From assembly GCF_036321535.1 (NCBI RefSeq), contig NC_087438.1, positions 8,930,001-8,994,000 of the forward strand: a stretch of 64,000 nucleotides of DNA. The letters run 5' to 3'. The notes under the pieces are model-generated. The model was not told the DNA's origin and made no database searches. It worked only from the letters and a program-made list of their open reading frames with translations. Position 1 is the first letter of the stretch. Each line of letters opens with the position of its first letter. A program made the position numbers and the translations under genes. Positions 13,214 through 24,649 of the stretch are shown here, in pieces. This DNA is from Camelus dromedarius. Taxonomy: Eukaryota.

Positions 13214-13691
13214 TGAGCAGGAGAAGACGTAAAGCCTGGTTTCGTCTCAACCTGGGAAGAATCTGCTTGGGCGCTGGCCACACCCTCCATCCCCCGGTCA
13301 TCCAGAGGGAAGTGTAGGAAGAAACAGCCCTCTCCCGTGTCCCTTGGTTTTGAGGGAAAAGGACTTCAGAGGGATGTCTCCCAGTACCCTCTGTCCCTAA
13401 ACAGTCAGAGTCTTGGAGGAAGGAGCAGTGAGTATTGGATAAGGGATTCATATTGAGGAACAGTCTTTCAACCTCTCCACCTACATAGGGAGCCGCCATA
13501 GAACAAGCGATGTGGCCAGAGAATGGGGAGCTGCTGATTACTTTACTGAAAAGTCCTTGAGGTTAGAGTGGTGGATTAGTGGGCAAGGCGGCCCATGGGA
13601 GACGTCAGAGGTTGGGGTGCTGGATGACTGGATGCCCAAGTGGATTCTTCCCAGGTTGAGACGAAATCAGGCTTTGTGTTCCAGCAGCTCA
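13214..13691. repeat. Long inverted repeat (42-bp core arms 13231-13272 and 13634-13675, 361-bp spacer)
   Basis: The reverse complement of arm 1 matches arm 2 at 39/42 positions. Both opposite-strand ORFs translate ILPRLRRNQAL. Confidence 0.95.
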
Positions 13692-15071
13692 TGCTTCGCC
13701 CCTGACGACCAGGAGAGCAAGCAGAGATCAGGGGACAGAGGGATAGCATTATGGGGACAAGCAGATGCCAGCAAGGCACAGATGAGGTCGAGAACCAAGT
13801 CAGGGCCAGGTCTCGTCACAGACCTGGCATCTATTTGGGGGAGAAGAGAGAAAACCTGGAAGACGAATTCTTCCTTGCATAGAAATCGATGCTTTCCTAA
13901 AGCTTACTTTTACAAAATCATCTAAGACTAACTGCAAACTGACTTGGATATCTATTTTATTTTTTTCTAATCTGTACATGCCAGCTCAGATGAAAAACCA
14001 GATGAATCAGAGATAAGATAGAGAAGCTCCCGTTTTCAGACACCAGATTTGTGGTGCAAGTGAAATTTGCAGTTTTCTACTATATGATTTCAGGAAGTTT
14101 GCTTTTTGTGTGTACATGATGGTTGCTCTGCCTTTGTGGGGGCAAATGCTCTCAGGGAAAGTAACCATAGCTCACCTTGAATCATTTATCATGTGCCATA
14201 GACTGTTCTAAGGTATGTTATCTCTTCAGATCCTTATGATCACCCTGCAAAACTGGTGGTCATATTGTCATTTATCTGTTACAAAAAAGGAAATGGAAGA
14301 ACAAAGGATCTGGGTAAACTGATGGGGAACACCTTTTTGATAGAAGATGGAATCAGAATTCCACACGAGGGGTTTGACTCTGGAGGCTGAGTTCTTAATA
14401 TGTTATGCTAATAACTCAGGATGTAAATCTATATAGTTCTGTTGTGGGTAGAAAGTTTAGAAACAAGAAAAATGTTTGAAAATAATTCTCACTTTTAAGC
14501 TGCTTTTGAAAAAGAAAAAGAGCTATTGATTGATCGATTTCCTTTCCCACTCACAGCATTTTATCAAAAATAGCCCAGCTGGCTGGATATGTGGAAGTTC
14601 ACTCCAAAATATGTTACATTTCCCCCTATTCACATGAAGCTACTTACACTGGTTTACTGCTAACAAATCAAAAACTGGTCTCAGACAGCCAGTCAGCCAG
14701 AAAAATGCTTGCTTTCCTTTTTCAGCCAGAGACTAAGGATATGGGATATTGATTCGTCCATACAATCCAACTAAATCATATGTTATGTGATGTAACAAAA
14801 TGTAAAGGTATCTCCTTTAGGTACAAATCTTGTGGCTCCTCAGGTGACATCAGAGTCATTTCCAACAATTGTTGTGGAAAGAGATATTCTATCATTACAA
14901 TAGTAGTTCCGTTGCCTGCAGGATAATTATGAGTGTGGACCAATCATGTTTTCTTCCACAGCAATTAATGGTGCGTGATTACAGCAGTTAAATTCCTCCT
15001 AAAGCCAAATGCAGGAGTGAAGTAAGCCTGTCTCCTGAAGTATCCAGAAGGGCAGTGAGGGGGGTTGGGGA

Positions 15072-15125
15072 GAGAAAGAAAAAGAAACAGAAACAGAAAC
15101 AGAAAGAAAAAGAAAAAGAAGACAA
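15072..15125 (+). repeat. Purine-rich simple repeat (GAAACA/GAAAAA)n
   Basis: Visible in the sequence. Confidence 0.85.
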
Positions 15126-16243
15126 GGAAGCATGAGCTGGTCCTTTTCCAAAATCATCTATTATAGAGTCAGAGATACTTTGTGCTACGTCTGGGGCTTC
15201 TGGCTTTCTCTGTTCCGTTAACTTGTTTATTCAGGGTGGATTCAGGCCTCCAAGAACCATGATAAGTTTGAGAATTAAATTCAGGCAGCTTAGTCCAACC
15301 ACACTAAAAATACCCCGCAGGAAAAATGTCTTATTCTCAGATAGCCACATTCTTTTATAAGGAAGACTTTTCCAAGTCCTATTGCACATCTAAAAGTCTG
15401 TTGTTAATGTTAAAACTACAGTTTACGGTGGTTTTGAATTTAAACGTACAATTAAAATTATTTCGAGAAACTGAGTACAAGAAACACCAATTAATTCCTA
15501 TTAAAAAAATAAAATTTGAGTTAAAAGTGCCTTGAAGTTATTAAATGAAGCTTAGTGTCCATCTTTTAACATTATTATTGATTGTCACACTGAATGATAT
15601 TTTAAATGTCTACATTGTGGTGGATAAAGCCGTTAAATAAATTCAGCAATGTTTTAAAACTTCAGCTACTAGATAAATTAATTCTAGCTCACAGACTGTC
15701 ATTAATTAAACTATGGCAGTTAAGTAGGAGATAAGGTTTCTAACAGAGAAAATAAATCAATTGTAAAAAGGCCAGATGTCTGTAGTTTTACTCACAGAAG
15801 AGTTTCTGTTTTCTCTTTATGCCTTATGAGCAAAATTTTATAAGAGGCACGAAGTTTATCCTTCCGAGAGGTACAAAATGATCACTGCCTTAAAAAGATT
15901 GGGCTAAGAACGATTGCACATCACAACTCATGCCAAGGCTTGAAGTCCCAGTAGTAAACACTACATCGGCTGATTTCCGCCCCGGAGGTAACATGGGATT
16001 TCAGGTCTCCGGGCAGATGTAAGGACGTACCTAAAATGAGTGTTAAGATGGGAAGACCATCACTCCTTTCTGCTATTCATGTGCTACCTTCTCTGGATCT
16101 TAACGCCATCTCTTGTGAAGTGGAAATTTGAAAGAACTGAAATATTTTATCTGGGGCTTAACTGATTACACAATATTGAGACCACAAGTATAACTGAATG
16201 TAAAATTAACAGTGGAAAAGAGCAGCGAAGAATCGATGGGTGT

Positions 16244-16325
16244 GGGGGTGTAGCGTGTGGCTCAGTGGCAGAGCGCGCGCCTGGTGAGCTCGGAGGTGCA
16301 GCGTTCAATCCCCAGTGCCTCCGTT
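16244..16325 (+). mobile_element. Diverged tRNA-derived SINE head (Vic-1-like)
   Basis: A box (tggctcagtggcagagc) and B box (gttcaatccccagtgcctcc), colinear with the SINEs at 26.9 kb and 57.0 kb. Confidence 0.75.
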
Positions 16326-17339
16326 AGGATGGGGGGCGGGGGAGGAGAATTGAATGAGACAAGAGCCAAAGTGTTCAAAAAGTGACTCAGGTGGCCCTGT
16401 CCCTGCCACAGTGCTCAGGGAGTTTAATGTCGCAGCTCTCAGCATCCTGATCCTCTCTGTCAGGGCTCCAGCCCTCCACCCTGCCTCAGCCTTCCACCGC
16501 CAAGGTCATTATTAATAACTGAATATCCTCATGAAGAAGCAGCCAGAAAGAGCTCGCCTCTGCTCCTACAACCACAGCTTCCCACCTCCCCCCATCTGCA
16601 TTTGTGTCTGAGCTCACTACCTGGTAGCGCTGGATAAAGTGCTTGGGAAACTCCTAGGACAGACCAGCACCTCTGCTCCAGCTCTCAAACCTCCTCACCC
16701 AGGCATGCACAGGGCACCAGCATCGTCATTGTTCCCCCTCTCCTAGATCACTTCTGCCAGCATATAAACTGCTGCTATTTTCCAATCTTAAAAACATCCC
16801 CATTGGTACATAGTTTTACAATTCCTATGTCTTCCCAGTGCCAGATCATACCAGCCTGATGTTTTATCAGAACCATGTGGAAAATTCCAGTTCCGCTAAA
16901 GGGAGAGAGAGGGTGCCCCTCTGCACCTCCATCCTCTGTGCCACTCCTGACACTGCTCTGTCTTCTCCATGTCATACTCTCAGATTTTGCTGGCAAGATG
17001 CTCAAGATTTAAATCAGGACCGAGGGAAGTGACCTATCAGTAAAACAGTAAAACTTGATCAATAACAATGAATAAATAATCAAAAAAAATTTTTTTAAGG
17101 TATTATAATGAATTATCTGAATGTCTGCTTGGTTAATTGCAAGTCGATGTGCTCCGAATTGACTGACTCCTGCTCTTGACTTAATGGGCCTGTCTGCCAT
17201 CAACAAAGCAGCCAGTTTGTAAGGAAAACTCATACAAGACGTAGGCAAATCTTGGCCGCCTCTGAGCCTCCTGCTCAATTTCTTTCACTTTCCCAATGTT
17301 ACATTCAATCTATAAAGAAAGGTATTTTCTCTGTTTATA

Positions 17340-17660
17340 AAATATGGGTGAATCCCCAAAGAATTATGTGGAGTAGAGGAAATCAGACACACAAAAAAAC
17401 ATACTGTATGATTGCATTTACATAAAATTCTAGAAAAAGCAAAAAACTACATAGATAGCAAGCGAGTGAGTGATTGCTGGGAGTTTTGTGTGAAGGGGGG
17501 TGTCTTTGAAGCGCCAGAGTGGAGTTTCTGGATGATGGAAATGTTCTGTCTCATGATGCAGTGGCTGTTATACAACTGCCAACATTTAAAAAAAAATCAT
17601 AGCATGGCGCGATTAAATTAGGAGTATTTTATTGTGTATGAATTACAACTCAATAAAAAG
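17340..17660 (+). mobile_element. Old L1 (L1MC/ME-like) 3' UTR
   Basis: atactgtatgattgcatttacataaaattctagaaaa..ggaaatgttctg..aattacaactcaataaa. Confidence 0.75.
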
Positions 17661-17710
17661 ACCAAAAGAAGTGTTTTATCAATTATATGTTTTCTGTATA
17701 GAGTTGATCC

Positions 17711-17747
17711 TAATGCTGGAGTGGAATTAACCTCCACTCCAGCATTA
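17711..17747. repeat. Perfect hairpin, 15-bp stem and 7-nt loop
   Basis: taatgctggagtgga-attaacc-tccactccagcatta. Confidence 0.95.
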
Positions 17748-18084
17748 AAAAGATCAGTGTCCCACACTGAAAAAATAAAAACAAAATACTCATCTCTTGG
17801 TCAAATAACATATATATGTCTATTTCACCTCAAAGAAGAGGTTTACAATTGGTCTATATTTTATAATTTAAAAAATCATCATATAATCATTACAAGGCAA
17901 ATCCAGTATATAAAATACACATTCATTTTAGTTTTTATTATATTAGTAAGAATATTTTACTAATTATCTGATAATGTCCTAAAAATAAGGATTCATCCTT
18001 GTATTTCTCAAATACTTAAGATAAAATATTCATACAAATAATATCCACTCAAATTTCTAAAATTCAGCTCCACTTGGCAACAGT

Positions 18085-19540
18085 AGAAAAAGCATCTGAC
18101 AACTTCTAGCATCCAATAATGATAAAATCTCTCAGCAAACCAGGAATAGAAAGAAACTTCAACAAAATAAAGAGAATCCATATCAAACTGGCAACTAACA
18201 TCATAATTAATGGTATACTTTTTCCCTAAGATTAAGAACAAGATAAAGATGTCCCCTTTCATCATTTCTATTGAATGTCATAATTAAAGTCCTGGTTAAT
18301 GCAATAAGAAAAAGTATACAGATTGAAAAGAAAGACACAAAACTGTATTTATGTACAGATAGCATGATTGTTTGTGTAGAATATACAAACAGATTGATAA
18401 AAACAAACTCCTGGAACTAATGAACAATTACAGCAAGATTTTACAATACAAGGTTGATGTATAAAAGTCAATTACTTTCTTGTATATTAGCAATGAACAT
18501 TTGTTATTTGAAATTAAAAGTACAATATCATTTACATTAGCAAAAAAATAAAATACTTAGGTATAAATCTAACAAAAATATACAGCACCTATGTTAGGAA
18601 AACTACAAAACTTGGATGAAAGAAATCACAGCAGATCTAAATATGTCCCTTGATCATAGAGTGGAAGAGTTAATATATTTAAGATGTCAGCTATTCCCAC
18701 GTTGATATATAGAATCTACCAGTCCCAGTCCACAACCCAACAAGCTGCTTTATCATACAAACCACGGAATCTCAAGTTTACATGGACAGGGAAAAGACCA
18801 AGGATAGCAACATGAGAATATGAAAACGAATATACGTATGTTCCTATGTGACTGAAATATTGTGCTGTGCACCAGAAATTGACACAACATTGTAAACTGA
18901 CTATACTTCAATAAAAATATACTAAAAAAAAAGAAAAGAACTAGAAAATAAAATAGCAACATGATATTGAAGAACAAAATTGAAGGATTATCACTACCTA
19001 ACTTCAAGACTCACCATAAAGCTACAATAGCAAAACTGCATGGTATTGGCAAAAAGAGAGAGGCAAACAGATCCATGAAACAGAATCAAGAATGCAGAAA
19101 TACACCCACACAAATGTAGTCAAATGATCTTTGACATAAGAGCAAAGGCAATTCAAATGAAAAGTGTAGGCTTTCAATAAACAGTGCTGAGAAAATGGGA
19201 TACCCATTTGAAATGGAAAAGAATTTAAACATTGCTTTTATACCTTTCATAAAAATTAACTCAAAAAAAGAATCAATCATAGACCTAAAATAATATAAAA
19301 TAAAAAAAACCCCATACTACCTCTGCATGATAACACAGAAGAAAATCTGGGATCTTGGGTTTAGTGTTCAGTTTTTAAATAATACTGAAAGCACAGTTCC
19401 ATGCAATAAAACAATGATAAGTAGAACTTTATTAAAATTAAAAAATTTCATCTGTGAGGAGTTTGTTATAATAAAAAGGCAAGCCCAGATATGGAGAAAA
19501 TATTTGCAAAAGACGTGTCTGATAAAGGAAGTGTATTCAG
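18085..19540 (+). mobile_element. Old L1 ORF2 remnant (RT to C-terminal region)
   Basis: aaatacttaggtataaatctaacaaaa, ctacctaacttcaagact, atggagaaaatatttgcaaa. Contains many stops and frameshifts. Confidence 0.9.
18816..18952 (+). mobile_element. Young 5'-truncated camelid-type L1 3' end nested in the older L1
   Basis: gtgactgaaatattgtgctgtgcaccagaaattgacacaacattgtaaactgactatacttcaataaaa plus A-rich tail, with a perfect 12-bp TSD atagcaacatga (18804-18815 / 18953-18964). Confidence 0.9.
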
Positions 19541-20740
19541 CTATTCTTTCTATTGAAATGGGAAAACCCACGCTACCCTATGCAGTCTGGAAAGGCTCCA
19601 CTAACTTACAAGTAAGTTGCGAACCTAGAATACATGGCAAATAGACTTGAAAGATGATCAGAAACTTCTCTCTTTTCAAAAGATTCAACCCTAACAGATA
19701 ATTTTATCCTAAAGGAACATACGCCAATCAAAGCTTGTCTGAAATTTTCTCCTTTTACTCTTGAAAACTCACTGTTCTTTGAAATCCTTCAAATCTTTTT
19801 GCCTAAAGGCACGTGTTAGCAGCTGACTCCTTTACCTCTGTAAGCTCAGAATTAAGGGCTTTTCATTAACTCTCTAATGTAATTTTAGCCCTTTTGACAA
19901 GAGCAGCTAGGAAGGAGTGTGGAAAATTCTGCTCAAGTGGGCACTGCATTTTTAAAGTAATCTTATGGGCTTCCTTATTAGCTTATGAGATGGTAAATTT
20001 CCAAAACACAATGGCCTTGCATATATTCCTCATTTTAAGAGTGTGTATTATGTCTTTTATGGGAATTATTTGTATTTAGCTCTTTCAACTCATGGCTGCA
20101 GGTGAATTAAGGAGTTGAAAGAAGAGTATGTAAAAATTTCACCTCCTGCGACCCATGTGCTAATAACATTGAGTGAAAAAACTCCACAGTTAAATAAATA
20201 TTCTAGTGAACGAGTCCTTTAAAACAAACACTAGTAATTCAGGTTTAAAATGAGCCCTTTGAATTATTTAAATGAATAGCAAGTGTTTCAATATTACAGA
20301 AATTTTCTGTCAATTGAAAGGCTTATTACACAGGAACTTAACTTCATGACACCACAAAACATAATAGATATACGTTACACTTAATTTCTTTAAACTGGCA
20401 CACAATAGATACAAGACTTATTCCTTATCTTTTCTCTCTAAATAATTAAAATATTGTATACGATATGTAGTATTTCCAAAAGCAATAACACTGATATTTT
20501 CGAATACTCGTAATTTTCCCCGAAACCAAGACAATCAGAGAAACCATATCTTCTCTGACTTCAACTATATTTTTAATTAAACTTAAATGAAAGATACGAA
20601 TTTATGAGAAATAATTTCCACATCACTGAGAGGAACACTTTAAATTGTCTTTAGATTTAAGATGATGCCATTGGATTGCCATTTGCAAAAGAAATTTCAA
20701 TGAAATGGAGGAAAGAGAAATAAGACTGGCATAAAAAGAG

Positions 20741-20796
20741 GACTGAATTGGAAGTGAGGAATTGGAGACTGAATTGGAAGTGAGGAATTGGAGACT
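20741..20796 (+). repeat. Perfect 26-bp tandem duplication
   Basis: gactgaattggaagtgaggaattgga x2 followed by gact. Confidence 0.95.
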
Positions 20797-21130
20797 TCAT
20801 GTATTTTTTATTTGCAAATACTCTTGTTTTAGAAGTGAATAATAGACTATGTTGTAACGGAAAAGAATGTAATGTAAAGCCTGAGTAGTGTTAAAATGGA
20901 AGCTACTGGGACAATGTGGAAGCAATGAGTTAGTAGAAAGAGGCCAGGGAGTTTCGAAGGTCCATTATGGGTAAGATAGGTTTTGCAACACCAATCAGAT
21001 CTACTAAAGGCTTTTTCCAGCAGGATTCTGCTATGTAAGGGCCTTCACAAAGGACACATAGGTCATTGGGTCACTCAAGGATGGGTACTGAATGTGCAAA
21101 GAACGGAAGAAGAAAGGGGAAATGTTGGAG

Positions 21131-21996
21131 GTATGCATTAGGTTTCCATGGCTGCTGTAACAAATTACTACAAACTTTGTGGCTTAACACGCATTATTCT
21201 CTTATAGCTCTAGAGGCCAGAAGTTCCAAATCAGTTTAGCTGGCTGAAACCCAGGTGTCGGCAGGTCCGCCCCCTCTGGTGGCTGTAGGCAGTAACTCTT
21301 CCTTGCTAATTCCAGGCTCTCATGACATCAGCTATTTCTTGTGTCTGCATCACTCTGATCTCAACTTCTGTCTTCACATCTTCCCTGTGTGCATCACGTC
21401 TCCTTCTACATTTCTCTTATTAAAATACTACTCGGCCATAAAAAGGAATAAAATAATGCCATTTGCAGGAACATGGATGGACCTGGCAATTGTCCTTCTA
21501 AGTGAAGTAAGCCAGAAAGAGAAAGAAAAATGCCAAATGATATTGCTTATATGTGGGATCTGAAAAAAGGGAGACAAGTGAACTTATCTACAAAACAGAA
21601 AGAGACTCACAGACATAGAGAACTAACTTATGGTTACCAGGGGGGGAAAAGAGGTGGGAAGGGATAAATTGGGAATTTGAAAATTGCACCTCTGGGGAAG
21701 TAATGGAAATGTTAGCTAACTTGATTGTGCTGGTGGTTTCACAGGTGTAGACATCTATCAAAATTCATCTGATTGTACATCTGAAATATGTGTAATTTAC
21801 TGTATAGGAACCACACCACAATAAAGGTGTTAAAAAATTAAAAATTAAAAAAAATATAGCATTGCATTTAGGGCCTACCTGGATAATTCAGGATAAATTT
21901 CTCACCTGAGGACTATTAATTTATTGGCAAAATCCCCTTTTCCAAATAAAGTTACATTTACAGGAATTGGGACTTTTTGACTTTGGGGGCCATTAC
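21131..21996 (-). mobile_element. MaLR LTR (MLT1B/C-like), split by an L1 insertion
   Basis: ggctgctgtaacaaattactacaaac..tctagaggccagaagt. Resumes at about 21860 with catttagggcctacctggataattcagga. Confidence 0.8.
21422..21855 (+). mobile_element. 5'-truncated L1 (ORF2 end plus 3' UTR and A-tail)
   Basis: Translates YYSAIKRNKIMPFAGTWMDLAIVLLSEVSQKEKEK (L1 ORF2p C-terminus), followed by aataaa and an A-rich tail. Confidence 0.92.
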
Positions 21997-23869
21997 TGGG
22001 TACTTGAAAGGAAATAGGTTTTAATGATGAAAATCTGATGGAGCCCATGATAGGTAAAAAGAAGAAAGAAGAGAATTGCTACGTGGAGAGGAAGTAAGCT
22101 GTTAACAGTATCATTAACATATTAAGGGAGCAGAAAACCAGGCTCAAAACCACACAGGCTATTTTAATTTATGTTAAAATATACAAATATTAATGGGTAT
22201 AGATGTATCTATAATATATCACACAGATTTGTTAACAGTGATTATTTCTTCTTGGTTTTGTTAGGTTGATTTTTATTTTATATTTATATAGATTGTGTTA
22301 TCTCCATATTTAGCAAAAAGAAAATGGACTTTTTCAAAAAAACCTACATTATTCTATATGAAAACTTCTTGACTTCCCATTGACTCAAATCATATTTACT
22401 CAAATATTTAGAGTAAAATACGGCCCTGCAGATTAATCAGTACCATGGGGTCAGAATCACAGTCCTTGGTAAACAGAGGTCTGGGTCTTAAGTGAGAACA
22501 ACACTGGCTTCTTAAACATGAGAGTTTGTCATTTTAGAATAAAACATCATATCATAATAAAAACTAGTGGATTTGAACATCAATAATCAGACAGTGGAGG
22601 AAGTAGGTGTTTATTTTGTCAAATCTTGGCAAATTATTTTTACTAATTTAAATCCTTCTTCAATTGCCATCTCTCTCTTGATCTCAGTGGGAGTTGGGGT
22701 TTATGGGGGCTTATAAAGTAACTAAAACTCTTCAGATGAAAGGGATATTAGTGTAAAATACTAATTAGCAGTATAATTATAAATGGTTTCAGCGCTAAGG
22801 TAGATTTTGGCATCAGAAGATGGGAACACGCAATTTGAATATAAAACTATCAAAAACATTTAGTTTTGGAAGCATTTTAGGAACATTGGTGAAAAGGCAT
22901 TGGCTTGAAGTGGTGTTAGTCTAATTCTTTTTTAAAATCACAGAAGAAAGTATTCAATGACCCAGAAAGTATGTATGTATGTTAATTTGGAGCCGTATAG
23001 ATCCAAGGGAATGAAATTGAATGACAGAAGTGTCTATCAGGTAAAAGACAACATAATTAAACTGATTTCCATGGAAACATAGAGGATGGACTTTAGCAAG
23101 GCTCATTATTGACAGGTTATATTTGGAAAAAAGACTATTGCATTAGCATGTTCCTCCATTGTGATTGCATATTGATGATACTAATCTGTTTGCTTTTCAA
23201 AGACGGTGCATATATGCTGAACGCCTGCTATTTACTAAGAAAAGATTTGCACTGCTGACTTATGAGTATTATGTGGTTGTGATGCAGACAGCTGTCATGA
23301 GATAAAACTGTCAAGGCCCACATTATTTTTTTTAATGTGTTATTGCCCTTAAAGGTTCTTATTTGTTGTTTTACAAAATGTTAACAAAACCTCAAAGTGA
23401 CAATATCCCCATTCCTTTTAAATAAAATGAAGGGCATGTTCTGATCGCTCGCAGGCTCTTGTCTCTGAATTTATTGACATTTTAAATTCAAATGTCAAAC
23501 TTAATAGTGATAGAAGAGAATGTTTTCAGAGCGAATGGAACAGATGAACTTTTGAAAGTAGATTGTGGCCAGTGGGTTAATAAACTGCAGGAACTTGGGG
23601 GTGACTTCAGGCAACATAATTTTACATAAAGTAATCAGAACAACGAATTCTTCTTTTAACATAGAAAAGTGACTTATTCTCAGTTAATTCCACCCAAATA
23701 TATTTTCTCTAAAGTGATGAGTCTGCATGAGATCACTGTTACTTATTGCCAGCTGAGGTATAAAGATACTAACACAACGAATATTTCAAATAGGAACAGG
23801 ATTTTTATCTACATTTGTGCTTGTGGTTGTACTTTGCAGACTGTAAAGTGTATAGGAATAGCCATGGAA

Positions 23870-23962
23870 TTATTTCTCTGAATATTTCTAGGTTGGGCCC
23901 CAAGATTCTGCAGTTCTAAATGCTGCTACTGGTTCACAGATCACATTTTTGAGTAGCAAAGC
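23870..23962. mobile_element. MER5-like hAT-Charlie fragment
   Basis: ggttgggccccaagattctgca..ggttcacagatcacatttttgagtagcaaag. Confidence 0.55.
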
Positions 23963-24649
23963 CCCACAGTGGATCGAAGCCAGTTGTCTTTGCTCAACAG
24001 AGTGATTATCAGATACAAAAATCGTGGCAGTGGAAGCGTATGACTATAGAAAGCAACTTAGAGCGTGGCTTGTAGGCAGTGGGGAGATCTTGCAGATGAA
24101 GTAATCTACATAATTGTCAGATTAAAATTTTTACTCTTTTTAGGTATAATTTCTTGAGCATTGATTTTTTTCTTTTAAATCCCTTTAAAACAATATCCCT
24201 GGTACAAATAAACACAGTCCAAAATTTTTTAAAGAATGAATGCTTTCTATTGCTTGTAAGGTGCACATGTTGAGGTGTGAAAAAATACAAGGTTTCTATT
24301 CTATGCATGTCAATTGTAAGCTGCATGATGCTAGACATAAATTTAACTCTCTTTTTTCTTCTGGAAATTGGAAAAAATAGATTGATATGCAATTTTTAAA
24401 AAAAGTTGGTCAAATGCATCTTTTTAAAATTGTACCAGTGTAAATGAATGTAAGCATTTGGGGTATTTTAAAATGTGGAAATTAGTCACGAAAATCAATT
24501 TAAAAATGTCTCAGAATATACACAAAATATACTATAATGGTAATTTTTGGATGTGCTAGGCAAATATTATAAGGTATATGTATATATAGCTATATATAAA
24601 TAGATTGTTTTGAAATGAAAGAGAAAAAATAATCACTCAGAAAGAGAGA

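Noticed and set aside
13222..13890. Cluster of type IIS and other restriction sites (GAAGAC, CGTCTC/GAGACG, GGTCTC, GAATTC, ATCGAT) suggesting a synthetic construct
   Set aside because: No vector, marker or promoter parts are recognisable, two of the sites are the same motif mirrored by the inverted repeat, and the arms show natural-looking transition decay.
13191..13925. Divergent 102-aa and 137-aa ORFs sharing ILPRLRRNQAL as real protein-coding genes
   Set aside because: The shared peptide is a by-product of the inverted repeat, there is no recognisable domain, and longer ORFs are expected in GC-richer DNA.
20741..20796. CRISPR-like direct repeats
   Set aside because: Only two abutting copies with no spacers, in a eukaryotic context.
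21255..21563. 102-aa ORF with an L1 ORF2p-like C-terminus
   Set aside because: Chance fusion of antisense MLT1 sequence with a truncated L1 end.
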